DNA from: Nitrosopumilus sp.
Lineage (GTDB): Archaea; Thermoproteota; Nitrososphaeria; Nitrososphaerales; Nitrosopumilaceae
Assembly: GCA_965197525.1 (NCBI GenBank)
Contig: OZ240211.1
Coordinates: forward strand, 448,001 to 512,000
Direction: 5' to 3'
Length of the DNA: 64,000 nucleotides
How positions within the stretch are numbered: the stretch's first letter is position 1; each line of letters begins with the position of its first letter. Shown in pieces: positions 21,216-31,408 of this stretch. The translations under genes and the position numbers were made by a program. Under the pieces are notes generated by a model that had not been told where the DNA came from, did not search any database, and saw only the letters and a list, made by a program, of their open reading frames with translations.

Positions 21216-21225
21216 CTCTTTGTAC

Positions 21226-21669
21226 CTATGATAACCTAAAGTCTTCCTTTGTGGTATTTAAAACCACATGTGTTATTGTCTTCTCCACGTTGGAGATAGA
21301 TGCCAACCCCTTTACAAATGTGCTTAGTTCATTACGACCTTTGAATTTGGCTATAATGATTGTGTCAGTGGAACCAGTAACATCGTATACGCCACAGACA
21401 TTTTCGAATTTTGATATCTCATCTTCCATCTCTATAATTGTATCATTTTTAGCTACAATCTCAATAATTGCAGTAAGAAAGTAGCCGAGTTTTTCATGAT
21501 CAACTATAGCAGCGTATCTGTGAATTATTCCCTCTTTTTCTAATTTTTTAATTCTAGACAGTATCGTAACAGTTGAGAGGCCTAGTTTTAATGCAAGTTG
21601 TCTTGCAGACTGTCTGGCATCAACTAACAGATGTTTAAGGATCTTTTGATCGATTTTATCAAGATTCAT
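21226..21669 (-). CDS. Lrp/AsnC-family transcriptional regulator
   Basis: LDKIDQKIL...DARQS...LGLS..T...RIKKLEKEGII HTH, plus RAM domain with YDVTGSTD. Confidence 0.92.
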   Translation of the reverse strand: MNLDKIDQKILKHLLVDARQSARQLALKLGLSTVTILSRIKKLEKEGIIHRYAAIVDHEKLGYFLTAIIEIVAKNDTIIEMEDEISKFENVCGVYDVTGSTDTIIIAKFKGRNELSTFVKGLASISNVEKTITHVVLNTTKEDFRLS

Positions 21670-21774
21670 ATCATATAATGGTAAAAAATTTATTTAAATT
21701 TTCAGGGAATTGTTGTAAAAATGTCCAAGTTTACAGGATAGCAGATTTAAAAGGTATATCATAGTAGCGATATT

Positions 21775-22002
21775 GTGACCCAAGCAGGCAAACTAGTTAA
21801 AAAAGGACATGTGCTGATGAAAGAGAACAAGTACAAAGATGCACTTGCCTGTTTTGAACAAGCGCTTCTTTTGGATCAGAGTTCAGCTGACATCTGGAAC
21901 TACAAAGGAGTTGCATTACGCAGTTTAGGCAGATACGAAGAGTCAGTAGAATGCTTTAACAGATCACTTGAAATCGACCCAAGAGACAGAGATTCATCAT
22001 GA
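21775..22002 (+). CDS. Small TPR protein
   Basis: Two TPR motifs (ALACFEQALLLD; IWNYKGVALRSLGRYEESVECFNRSLEIDP); GTG start. Confidence 0.85.
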   Translation: MTQAGKLVKKGHVLMKENKYKDALACFEQALLLDQSSADIWNYKGVALRSLGRYEESVECFNRSLEIDPRDRDSS

Positions 22003-22044
22003 GGATCAATGGCGTATTAGCAGTAATTCTAAAAGAGACTGTAG

Positions 22045-22218
22045 CTAAAATAGCGTAACATCGCCTGGGGCAGGTCCCTGATTGGATTGCTTTTTACTCT
22101 CCTGTGTAAAATCAGCATGCATTAAACGCTGATGTTCTCGTAGCTTTTCAATATTGTCAAATCCTTTGTGGCACAGATAGCATTTTGGCTTGTGCTCATC
22201 AACTAGAGGCAACACCAT
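22045..22218 (-). CDS. C2H2 zinc-finger micro-protein (57 aa)
   Basis: MVLPLVDEHKPKCYLCHKGFDNIEKLREHQRLMHADF...GPAPGDVTLF: C-x2-C-x12-H-x4-H; not in track. Confidence 0.8.
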   Translation of the reverse strand: MVLPLVDEHKPKCYLCHKGFDNIEKLREHQRLMHADFTQESKKQSNQGPAPGDVTLF

Positions 22219-22292
22219 ACAAATATGAACATATACTGGCTACTTAACTCTTGAGACTAAGAAATATATCATAGCGCAAAAAAAAATTACAT

Positions 22293-23390
22293 ATGTTAAA
22301 AGATCTAATAATAGACTCCCAGTCTTTAGATCGCGCAATTTCGGGAGAAGAACTATCATACAAAGACGGTTTAGAATTAATGAATTATGATAATACACAT
22401 CTATTAGGAGCGGTGGCAGATAACGCAAGAAAAAAGCTAGTAGGTGATACCGTTACGTTTGCTGCATCATACTATATGAATTACACTAACGTGTGTGCTG
22501 CGAGCTGTCAAATGTGTGCATTTTATAGAAAAGAGGGGGCCCAAGACGCTTATACATTGACACCTCAAGAGATTGTGACCAGAGTAGAGATTGCAAAACA
22601 GATGGGTGCAACAGAGGTTCATATCGTAGGAGGATTTCATCCAAAACTGCCATTAGAATATTATGAGGAGATGATGAAAGCGATTAAAAAGAGCAATTCA
22701 CAACTCAACATAAAAGCATTAACTGCAGCTGAGATATACTATTTATCAAAATTAACAAAAAATTCTACAAAAGAAATTTTATCACGCCTTAAAGATGCAG
22801 GATTAGATTCAATGCCTGGAGGAGGAGCAGAGCTGTTCCATCCAGAGATCAGAGGAAAAATAGTAAGAGGAAAATGCACAGGACAGCAATGGCTTGATGT
22901 GATTGAAGAAGCTCATAGCATGAACATAAAGAGTAATGTTACAATGCTTTATGGGCATATAGAAGAACCAAAACACATAGTCGATCACCTCATAAAAATA
23001 CGTGAACTGCAAAAAAAGACAAATGGTTTTTTAACTTTAATTCCATTGAAGTTTAGTTTAGATAATACAGAATTGGAACAAAAGGATTTGGTTAATAATG
23101 AATGTTCATCAGTATATGATTTGAAGATTATAGCGTTATCAAGATTAATGCTTGCAAATACACTAAACAATATCTCAGTATACTGGGTAGCATATGGAAA
23201 AAAGCTTGCACAGATTGCATTATCAAATGGCGGTAGCGATCTAGTTGGAACCGCATTCTCTGAGGAAATTTACCGTGCAGCAGGCAAAGCAACGTCATCG
23301 TCAATAGAGGAGCTGACAACATTAGCAAAAGAGATCAGAAGAACACCTGCTCAGCGAAGTACGCACTTTAAAATACTAAAAAAATTTTAG
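22293..23390 (+). CDS. mqnE: Radical SAM protein of the CofH/MqnC/MqnE family, most likely aminofutalosine synthase
   Basis: CAASCQMC, DSMPGGGAE and NVTMLYGHIE; the last favours MqnE over MqnC. mqnD is also in the window. Confidence 0.7.
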   Translation: MLKDLIIDSQSLDRAISGEELSYKDGLELMNYDNTHLLGAVADNARKKLVGDTVTFAASYYMNYTNVCAASCQMCAFYRKEGAQDAYTLTPQEIVTRVEIAKQMGATEVHIVGGFHPKLPLEYYEEMMKAIKKSNSQLNIKALTAAEIYYLSKLTKNSTKEILSRLKDAGLDSMPGGGAELFHPEIRGKIVRGKCTGQQWLDVIEEAHSMNIKSNVTMLYGHIEEPKHIVDHLIKIRELQKKTNGFLTLIPLKFSLDNTELEQKDLVNNECSSVYDLKIIALSRLMLANTLNNISVYWVAYGKKLAQIALSNGGSDLVGTAFSEEIYRAAGKATSSSIEELTTLAKEIRRTPAQRSTHFKILKKF

Positions 23391-23721
23391 TGCGTGTAAG
23401 AGTTGTCCAAGTCATAATTTTTGAGGTCTATTTGATGTCATTTTACTTACAGCTCATGACTTTATTTGATTGGCATAATAAAATTTTGTTGCAACAAGGT
23501 AGACTGAATACGTTATCACCAAAATTATGCATAGATGATAACAGGAAGCATATAGCGCACATATTTTGCACCATTCCACTATGATAACAAAGTACAACAT
23601 GCATGTGAGAAGATATGATACTTGGGCAATTAGCTGGATACGTATAACAGCAGTAAACTTGAATGATTAGTACTGACTATACCAAAGAAATCATGCTTTG
23701 CGTCTCTCATCATCTAGATAA

Positions 23722-26634
23722 CTATAAAGCATCAAGCACGAATACTAGTGCAGTTTTAAACTCATCTACTGTGAGATCACCACTGACTACAAGAACAGCT
23801 AGTTCAACCATCATCCAATTTGGAATATCAGCATCCGGATAGTCAAGGTTTAGAGACTCTAACAGTTCAGAGTCAGATATAGATTGTGAGTCAAATCCAG
23901 CCCACATTTTGATACTATGAAGGATATCATCATCATCAGGTACAGATTCTGCATTTGACACAGATGTTGTCAGAGCTGTCGCAGTTGTTGTTGTTGTTGT
24001 TGTTGTTGCTACTGTTTCTTCTACCAACTCTGACTGCTCTGTTATCGATACTACGTTAAGCGCATCTATGATCTGTATAACAGTAGCCCTAGAATTATCA
24101 TTCCATATTCGTGCAACCAGATTGGTCAATCCCATCTCCCCATCAAACTCTATTACTGTAAGTATAGTATATTGGAAAGATTGTTCATCGTCTTGTTCTA
24201 TAGTGACTGTGGCATCAGCAATGTAGTTATGTGGATCAGTTACAGTAACACGACCATTCAAATATGTAACATACGTATCACTCAAAGTATAAGAAGTGTT
24301 GTCACCGTCTAAATTCAAAAACATTACAAAATGATCAACGCCACTAGATGAGTATGCTGTAAATGTAAGGTTAGTCTGCTGATTCAATCCAACTTGATGT
24401 GGTTGAATGGTATTTACTTTTCCGCCTAGTGCATAGCATGCACCATCTGTTACAAATGAAAAACTGAATATGATTTTACATTCCATAACTGGTTCAATTG
24501 GAGAAGATTGATCATATGATTCAAGAATATCTAGAACACTTTCTGGTATGTCGACATCAAATGAGGAAGCCTTTAATGCAGTTAGATCTACTATGGGGGG
24601 TGGTACAGAGCTACCAGATTTCTTTTTGACTGCTATAATAATACGCTTATCAGTAATTTCATCAGTAACTGCGTTAGGGGAATTTGCAGTATCAGATATG
24701 GTATTGGCTGCAATGAAGAGATGAGGACTAGAGATTGTCTGGAATGTCTCTTTTTGCTCGTCAGTTAGTGTGACGGTTATAGCACGATTTTGTGTAGTTG
24801 GCGTGGCATCAGTAAGAGTTAGACCGCCAGACGTTTCACCTTGTGATCGGATGGTAAAAGCAGAAGAACTTGTAGTAGAGGCAAGATCCTCATTGAATGT
24901 AATGATTAGTATGCCAGTCTTTGGTGTGTATTTAGCTGATAAAAATTCTGGAGGCTGGGTATCAGTAACAGAAACGCTCACTTCAACAGGCTCTGCAGAT
25001 AGTCTAGTAGTAGGACTGGTACAAGTAAAGGTTACAAGATAAGTACCTTCAACCTGAGTGTTGAGGCCTCGGTGTGTAACTTGAATGTCACGGTTAAAAT
25101 CATCACTACACGCTACAACATCTGATGGAGTAAAACTAGTGGTTCGTTCTACAACAGGATTAGAATCTATTGGGGTTATGGTAGGTGGTCTGTTACCTAC
25201 TATGACTGTCAGGGTTTTAGCACCTGGCCCATTAATGTCAGTACAAGTATAGGTTATTGCATAGGATCCTGGTTCAGATGTATCAACTGCACCATCAGAG
25301 GTAATGCTGCTGGGGTCAATGGCAACATCTTGATGATCAACACATGTAACATCAGGTTCTGTATAATCACCACTATATGGCACATGTAGAGGGTTGTTAC
25401 CTGCTATAGTGACAGTGGGTGCATTTTCAGGTTGGTTGACACGGACTATCAGAACGGCAGTACCGGCTTGACCTTTACTATCAGTACAGGTAAAAGTGAC
25501 ATGAGTATCGCCAGGGGTGCTAGTGACAATAGAACTAGTACTAGGGACTGGATCAATAGAGTCAGCATCATTATCAGTACATGTGACAGCAGGTGCAGCA
25601 TAAACACCACTGTAGGCTATTGTAAGAGGGTTAGGACCAGGGATGTTGACAATGGGTGCAGGATCATCGAGTACTGTAATGCTGACAGTGGTACTATTAC
25701 GATATGTACTGTCATTAGCTTCAAGTGTTATAGTATAGGATGTACGACTATCAACTGCAGGGGCAGTAAACACAGAGTTTTGAGTACTAGTACTAGAAAG
25801 TACACCCGTGGTATCAGGGTTAGAAGACCAGCTGTACGTCAATGAAGTTCCATCACCACCTGTATGAGAGCTAGTTAGCGTTATTGTACCGCCTTCAAAT
25901 ACAGACATGCTAGAGAGTGTTATGGAGAGAGATAATGGAGCAGGAGGAAGAGGGTTTCCAACGTTAACTAGTAGTGTTTTAGTAACAGCAGGCCAGTTGG
26001 TATACGTATGACAAGTATATGTTATTATATGGCTTGATACAGTTGAGGTATCAATTGTAGTAGGTCTAGGAGTTGTACGTAGGTCTGTAGGAGCTGAAGA
26101 ACTTGGAGAATATATACAAGCAATTTCAGGGGCTATAAAAGAATCGCCAACAGATATGTTGTGAGGATTATTAGCACTAGTGATATTAATTATAGGTTTA
26201 GAATCCACCGAAAACCTAAAGGATTGTATAGAAGAACTCTCATCATCAAATGCATATAAATCATAATGTATATCATAATAATCATCAGATACACTTGTTA
26301 AGTGCAAAGTGCTAGTAGAATTTACACCAAGCGCATCTATATCCCCAGTATAAGTAGTAGATACCCAAGTATAATTGAGATTACTGCCAGTAATATTAGA
26401 TGTAACAACAGGGGTGATTATAATTTCTCCGATATCATGGTATATGTAAAAGCGAAAATCACCACCAGAAGGGCCATGTAAGGAATGAAAATCAGGATCA
26501 GTGGCAATTGTTGGAACTGCAAATGCATGATAGAGAACCAGTCCGTTTTCATCCTCCTCGCCTACTCCGTCTAATCCTCCTAAAGCTAGCGTTACTATCA
26601 ATAATAAACTAAGAACTAGATATCTTGAGAACAT
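23722..26634 (-). CDS. Cell-surface Ig-repeat protein (970 aa): PKD-like and DUF5011-like domains, Thr-rich linker, C-terminal IPxW-type domain
   Basis: Start re-called to ATG 26634 (MFSRYLVLSLLLIVTLALGG), which aligns with the paralogue start at 30903; the track's extension to 26916 runs through an IS relic. Confidence 0.85.
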   Translation of the reverse strand: MFSRYLVLSLLLIVTLALGGLDGVGEEDENGLVLYHAFAVPTIATDPDFHSLHGPSGGDFRFYIYHDIGEIIITPVVTSNITGSNLNYTWVSTTYTGDIDALGVNSTSTLHLTSVSDDYYDIHYDLYAFDDESSSIQSFRFSVDSKPIINITSANNPHNISVGDSFIAPEIACIYSPSSSAPTDLRTTPRPTTIDTSTVSSHIITYTCHTYTNWPAVTKTLLVNVGNPLPPAPLSLSITLSSMSVFEGGTITLTSSHTGGDGTSLTYSWSSNPDTTGVLSSTSTQNSVFTAPAVDSRTSYTITLEANDSTYRNSTTVSITVLDDPAPIVNIPGPNPLTIAYSGVYAAPAVTCTDNDADSIDPVPSTSSIVTSTPGDTHVTFTCTDSKGQAGTAVLIVRVNQPENAPTVTIAGNNPLHVPYSGDYTEPDVTCVDHQDVAIDPSSITSDGAVDTSEPGSYAITYTCTDINGPGAKTLTVIVGNRPPTITPIDSNPVVERTTSFTPSDVVACSDDFNRDIQVTHRGLNTQVEGTYLVTFTCTSPTTRLSAEPVEVSVSVTDTQPPEFLSAKYTPKTGILIITFNEDLASTTSSSAFTIRSQGETSGGLTLTDATPTTQNRAITVTLTDEQKETFQTISSPHLFIAANTISDTANSPNAVTDEITDKRIIIAVKKKSGSSVPPPIVDLTALKASSFDVDIPESVLDILESYDQSSPIEPVMECKIIFSFSFVTDGACYALGGKVNTIQPHQVGLNQQTNLTFTAYSSSGVDHFVMFLNLDGDNTSYTLSDTYVTYLNGRVTVTDPHNYIADATVTIEQDDEQSFQYTILTVIEFDGEMGLTNLVARIWNDNSRATVIQIIDALNVVSITEQSELVEETVATTTTTTTTATALTTSVSNAESVPDDDDILHSIKMWAGFDSQSISDSELLESLNLDYPDADIPNWMMVELAVLVVSGDLTVDEFKTALVFVLDAL

Positions 26635-26699
26635 CTTATAAACATAGAACTTACTTGTATTAAAATCATCCGAAGTGAATAAAATTAACAAACGCGTTA

Positions 26700-26984
26700 A
26701 AAACTCTGCATGCATGTAAAAACATCCTCGTCGTAGTCTAGATGATGGATCGAGTCTTTTTTGCGGACAAGGGCAAGCAACAAGGCGTGCCTGAGGCGCA
26801 GCCTGCATCTGTTTCCGGGATCTGATGCCCTGGGTGTATCGTCGTGGAATAGAGGCATCTCGCCTGAGGCAGTCACATACGCCTGTTCGGAATGCAGGAG
26901 ACGATGATTTACACAAGGATGGGATGGTAAAGGGACGACGATGACCAGAAATTGGCTGTACAGAAACTTATGCGCATTGCTATA
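26700..26984 (-). mobile_element. 5' fragment of an IS630-like element (family B) with terminal repeat
   Basis: End tgtacagaaacttatgcgcattgctata (26957-26984) matches 34431-34458 and, inverted, 32917-32944. 26883-26987 aligns with 34358-34461. Mixed-frame minus-strand translation KQMQAA.PQARLVAC/LVRKKDSI resembles an IS630 N-terminus. Confidence 0.6.
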
Positions 26985-26991
26985 TGTTCGT

Positions 26992-29900
26992 CTAACCAAC
27001 TATAGTATCAAGCACGAATACTAGTGCAATTTTAAATGTATCTATTGTAAGATCACCGCCGATTACAAGGACAGCCAAGTCAGTCATCACCCAATCCGGA
27101 ATATCAGCGCCTGGGTAGTCAAGGCCTATGGACTCTAGCAGTTCAGAGTCAGATATAGATTGCGGGTCAAATCCAGCCCACATTTTGATACTAAGGAGAA
27201 CGTCAGCATTATTATTATTATTATTATTAATATCAGATGTAGATTCCACATCTGGCGTTGCTGTTGTGATAAGTTCTGTCGTTGTTGTTGTTGTTGTTTC
27301 TTCTGCCAACTCTGACTGTTCTGGTGTCGATACTATGTTAAGAGCATCTAGTATCCGTATGTTAGTAGACCTAGAATTATCATTCCATATTCGTGCAACC
27401 AGATTGGTCAATCCCATCTCCCCATCAAACTCTATTACTGTAAGTATAGTATATTGGAAAGATTGTTCATCGTCTTGTTCTATAGTGACTGTGGCATCAG
27501 CAATGTAGTTATGTGGATCAACTACAGTAACACGACCATTCAAGTATGTAATGTACGTATCGCTTGAAGTATAAGAGGTATCATCACCATCCAAATTCAA
27601 AAACATGACAAAGTGGTCAATACCACTAGATGAATATGCTGTAAACGCAATGTTTGTAGACTGGTTCAAACCAATTTGGTATGGATGAATGGTGTTTATC
27701 TTTCCACCTAGTGCATAACAGGCGCCATCAGTCACAAATGGGAAACTAAATATAATTTCACCTTCCATAACTGATTCAATTGGTGTGGATGAATCATAGG
27801 ATTCAAGAATATCAAGAACGCTTTCTGGTATGTCGACATTAAACTGTGAATCCTGCAATGCATTTAGATCTACTATGGGGGGTGGTGTAGAACTACTAGA
27901 TTTCTTTTTGGCCACCGTGATGAATTTATCAGTAATTTCAGTGGTAATTCGGTTAGGTGTATCTGCAGTATCAGATATGGTGTTGGCTGCAATGAAGAGG
28001 CGAGGGTTGGATAATGTCTTGAATGTCTCTTTTTGCTCGTCAGTCAATGTGAGGGTTATAACTTGATTTTGTATGGTTAGTGTCGCATCGGTAAGAGTTA
28101 GACCGCCTGATGTTTCACCGTTTGATCTGATGGTAAAATCAAGTGGGTTTGCAATAGCATCATCAAGATCTTCATTAAATGTAATGACTAACGCACCGGT
28201 TTTAGGTGTGTATTTAGCTGATAGGAACTCTGGAAGCTGGGTATCAGTAACAGTGACATTCACGTCAAGTTCGGCATATAATCCAGTAGTAGGGCCAGTA
28301 CAAATAAAGGTTACCAGATAAGTACCTTCAGCTTGAATGTTGAAACCTTTGTGCGTAACTCGAATGTCAGTATCAAAGTCGTCACTGCATTCTACAACAT
28401 CTGATGGGGTAAAAATACCAGTTCGTTCCACAACAGGACTAGTGTCTATTACGGTTATGGCGGGTGGTTTTTCACCGACTATGACTGTCAGGGTTTGAGC
28501 GCCTGGGCCGTTATCGTCACGACAAGTAAAGGTTATTGTTTGTTGTGGTGTTTGAGATGCTGGAATGTTAACATCAATCATACCAACAGTACCGATGGGG
28601 GAGGTTAGAGTAGCACCACTATAGTCAACACATGTAACATCAGGCGGTGTAAAACGACCGGTGGAATCATATGGTACATGCAAAGGGTTGTCACCTGTTA
28701 TAATGACAGTGGGTGCATTTTCAGGCTGGTTGACACGTACTAGCAGAGTGTCAGTACCTGCTTGGCGTTTACTATCAGTACAGGTAAAAGTGACGTAAGT
28801 GTCACCAGGAGTACTAGTGTCAATAGAAATAGTGTCAGAGGTTGGAGTAATAGTGTCAGCATCATTATCACGACATGTAACAGCAGGTGCTGTATAACTA
28901 CCATTATAATCTACGAAAAGTGGGTTAGGACCAGGGATGTGTACATCAGGTGCAGGATCATCGAGTACTGTAATTACAGCAGTGCTGCTACCACTATGTG
29001 TACTGTTACTAACTTGAAGTGTTAACGTATAGCGGGTATTCTTATCAACTGCAGGGGCAATAAATGTAGGATTTTGAATACGGGCATCAGAGAAGACGTT
29101 TGCAGTATCAGGGTTAGAAGACCAGCTGTATGTCAAGGAACTATTATCACCGCCGCCGCTACTAGAACCAGTTAGTTCTATACTATCAAGTTCATACACA
29201 GAGTCATCAGAGGATATAGTGACAGTTAATGGAGGAGGGGGCAGAACACTGACTGTCAGAGTAGATGTACCTGTTTGGGGTTTACTATCAGTACAGGTAA
29301 AAGTGATACGAGTGTCACCAGGAGTACGAGTGTTAATAGAATCAGTGCTAGGGATTGGAATAATAGAGGCATTATCATTATCACTACAGGTAACAACAGG
29401 TGGTGTATAAACATCGCCATATTCTATGACAAGTGGATTAGGACCAGGGATATGTACAACAGGTGCAGGATCATCGAGTACTTGAATTCTGACAGTGGCA
29501 CTACCATGATGCGTATCGTCACCAATTTCAACTGTTAGCGTATAGTAGGTATCCCTATCAACTTCAGGAGCAGTAAATGTAGGATTTGGAATAGAGTTAT
29601 CAATGAAGGCACTTGTGGTATCAGGGCTAGAAGACCATCTGTATGTCAGAGAACTGCCATCACCGCCAGTATGAGAACTAGTTAGTGGTATAGTATCACC
29701 TTCAGTCACAGAGCTCTGAGAGGATGATGCAGTGACGGATAATGGAGCAGGAGCTAGAACACGGACTATCAGAGTAGCAGCACCTGCTTGGTTTTTACTA
29801 TCAGTACAGGTAAAAGTGACGCGAGTGTCACCAGGAGTACGAGTGTTAATAGAATCAATGTCAGGGATTGGACGAATAGGGCCATCATCATTATCACGAC

Positions 29901-30903
29901 ATGTAACAGCAGGTACTGTATAAACACCACCATATTCTATTTCAAGTGGATTAGGACTAGGGATAGTTACAACAGGTATAGGATCGCTGTGTACGGTAAT
30001 TGGGACAGTGACGCTATCCCTAAACGTCCCGTCATTGACTACAAGTGTTATGCTATAGGTGGTATCCCTATCAACTGGAGGAGCGGTAAACACGGTATGT
30101 TTAGTATTGTTAAAAGAAAAGACATCTGCAGTATCAGGGCGAGAAGACCAGCTGTATGTCAGAGAACTGCCATCACCGCCAGTATAAGAACTAGTTAGTG
30201 TTATAGTATCACCTTCAATCACAGTTCTGTTAGAGGGGGTTACAGAAATATCTAATGGAGAAGGAGGCGGAGGATTTCCAACGTTAACTGTTAGTGTTTT
30301 AGTGACATCAGGCCAAGGAGAATTCAAGCAAGTGTATGTGATTGTCTGTCTTGATACAGTTGTGGTATCAATTGTTGAAGTAGGTGCAATAAGAATAGGA
30401 TCAATAAAACCTACAGGTTTACATTCAGCAGAAGGTGCTTCAAACGTATCACCAGCAGATATGTTGCGAGGACTGTCACCTCCATCAATAGTAATGATAG
30501 GAGCAGGGGTCATATAAAAATAAAAGAAAGCATCATCATAGCCTGCATCATCAAATGCATACAAGGTATAAATTATATCATCAACAGAACCGGGAGGAAC
30601 TGTAAATCGCAAAGTACTCGTATCACTTGTGCCACTATCAGGGAGACTATGCACACCGCGAACCCAGGTGTAAGTAATATCACTACCAGTAATATTAGAT
30701 GTAACTACAGGAGAAATTACAACTTCTCCAACATCAGGATAGAAGAAAAAGGCATTAGATATATCATTAATCGATGGAATTGCAAATGCATGATTGATTA
30801 ACAATCCATCTCCATCTTCTCCCTCGGATCCTACATCCCATCCTCCTAAAGCTAGCGTTACTATCAATAACAAACTTAGAACTAGATATTTTGAGGAAGT
30901 CAT
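26992..30903 (-). CDS. Cell-surface Ig-repeat protein (1303 aa), tandem paralogue with three 171-aa PKD+DUF5011-like units
   Basis: Start re-called to ATG 30903 (MTSSKYLVLSLLL...). 513-bp periodicity (shadow ORFs at 28762, 29275, 29788). C-terminus IKMWAGFD...IPDWVMTDLAVLV is shared with the neighbour. Confidence 0.87.
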   Translation of the reverse strand: MTSSKYLVLSLLLIVTLALGGWDVGSEGEDGDGLLINHAFAIPSINDISNAFFFYPDVGEVVISPVVTSNITGSDITYTWVRGVHSLPDSGTSDTSTLRFTVPPGSVDDIIYTLYAFDDAGYDDAFFYFYMTPAPIITIDGGDSPRNISAGDTFEAPSAECKPVGFIDPILIAPTSTIDTTTVSRQTITYTCLNSPWPDVTKTLTVNVGNPPPPSPLDISVTPSNRTVIEGDTITLTSSYTGGDGSSLTYSWSSRPDTADVFSFNNTKHTVFTAPPVDRDTTYSITLVVNDGTFRDSVTVPITVHSDPIPVVTIPSPNPLEIEYGGVYTVPAVTCRDNDDGPIRPIPDIDSINTRTPGDTRVTFTCTDSKNQAGAATLIVRVLAPAPLSVTASSSQSSVTEGDTIPLTSSHTGGDGSSLTYRWSSSPDTTSAFIDNSIPNPTFTAPEVDRDTYYTLTVEIGDDTHHGSATVRIQVLDDPAPVVHIPGPNPLVIEYGDVYTPPVVTCSDNDNASIIPIPSTDSINTRTPGDTRITFTCTDSKPQTGTSTLTVSVLPPPPLTVTISSDDSVYELDSIELTGSSSGGGDNSSLTYSWSSNPDTANVFSDARIQNPTFIAPAVDKNTRYTLTLQVSNSTHSGSSTAVITVLDDPAPDVHIPGPNPLFVDYNGSYTAPAVTCRDNDADTITPTSDTISIDTSTPGDTYVTFTCTDSKRQAGTDTLLVRVNQPENAPTVIITGDNPLHVPYDSTGRFTPPDVTCVDYSGATLTSPIGTVGMIDVNIPASQTPQQTITFTCRDDNGPGAQTLTVIVGEKPPAITVIDTSPVVERTGIFTPSDVVECSDDFDTDIRVTHKGFNIQAEGTYLVTFICTGPTTGLYAELDVNVTVTDTQLPEFLSAKYTPKTGALVITFNEDLDDAIANPLDFTIRSNGETSGGLTLTDATLTIQNQVITLTLTDEQKETFKTLSNPRLFIAANTISDTADTPNRITTEITDKFITVAKKKSSSSTPPPIVDLNALQDSQFNVDIPESVLDILESYDSSTPIESVMEGEIIFSFPFVTDGACYALGGKINTIHPYQIGLNQSTNIAFTAYSSSGIDHFVMFLNLDGDDTSYTSSDTYITYLNGRVTVVDPHNYIADATVTIEQDDEQSFQYTILTVIEFDGEMGLTNLVARIWNDNSRSTNIRILDALNIVSTPEQSELAEETTTTTTTELITTATPDVESTSDINNNNNNNADVLLSIKMWAGFDPQSISDSELLESIGLDYPGADIPDWVMTDLAVLVIGGDLTIDTFKIALVFVLDTIVG

Positions 30904-31408
30904 ATTGATTATATGATATCCAATAGATATTGTGTAATAACGATCGGAATTGAATAAGATTGACAAATGTATCAAAAATAAAATAGGTTTACACACATAC
31001 ATATAAAATAAAAGGACAGTGATACCAGTATTACACACTTATTCTTGGTCTAAGATTTATCTAGTAAGCTTTTATAATTTATACGTTAGATCATATCAGC
31101 CCAACAGTATCTCCAAAGACTGATCTTACATACATCCTCCACATAAATACAAACATAGTATATGGCGAAACATCTGAACCATGTTCTCTGATCACATTTG
31201 ATCTGTGCACTTGTCGTATAGAACACCAAGACGTATAGAAGCGTTTATTCTGGTACATCATTAATCGGATCACACTAGTATATTCTAAGAATGTAAACAA
31301 GTTGAAAATATACTATTCCAAACATAGCAAAAGCTTATGCAAGCATCATCTAGTATGTACCCGTATCGTTCAAACGTTGTTGATAGGGTTCTGTGAAGTT
31401 ATCGAGGG

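Noticed and set aside
26635-26916. 94-aa N-terminal extension of ORF 23722-26916 and ORF 26697-26999
   Set aside because: They read through the IS630 relic; the signal peptide and paralogue alignment put the start at 26634.
31380-31384. TTGAT inside the TSD, equal to the ISDra2 TnpB TAM
   Set aside because: On the wrong strand relative to tnpB for the usual TAM geometry; likely coincidence.
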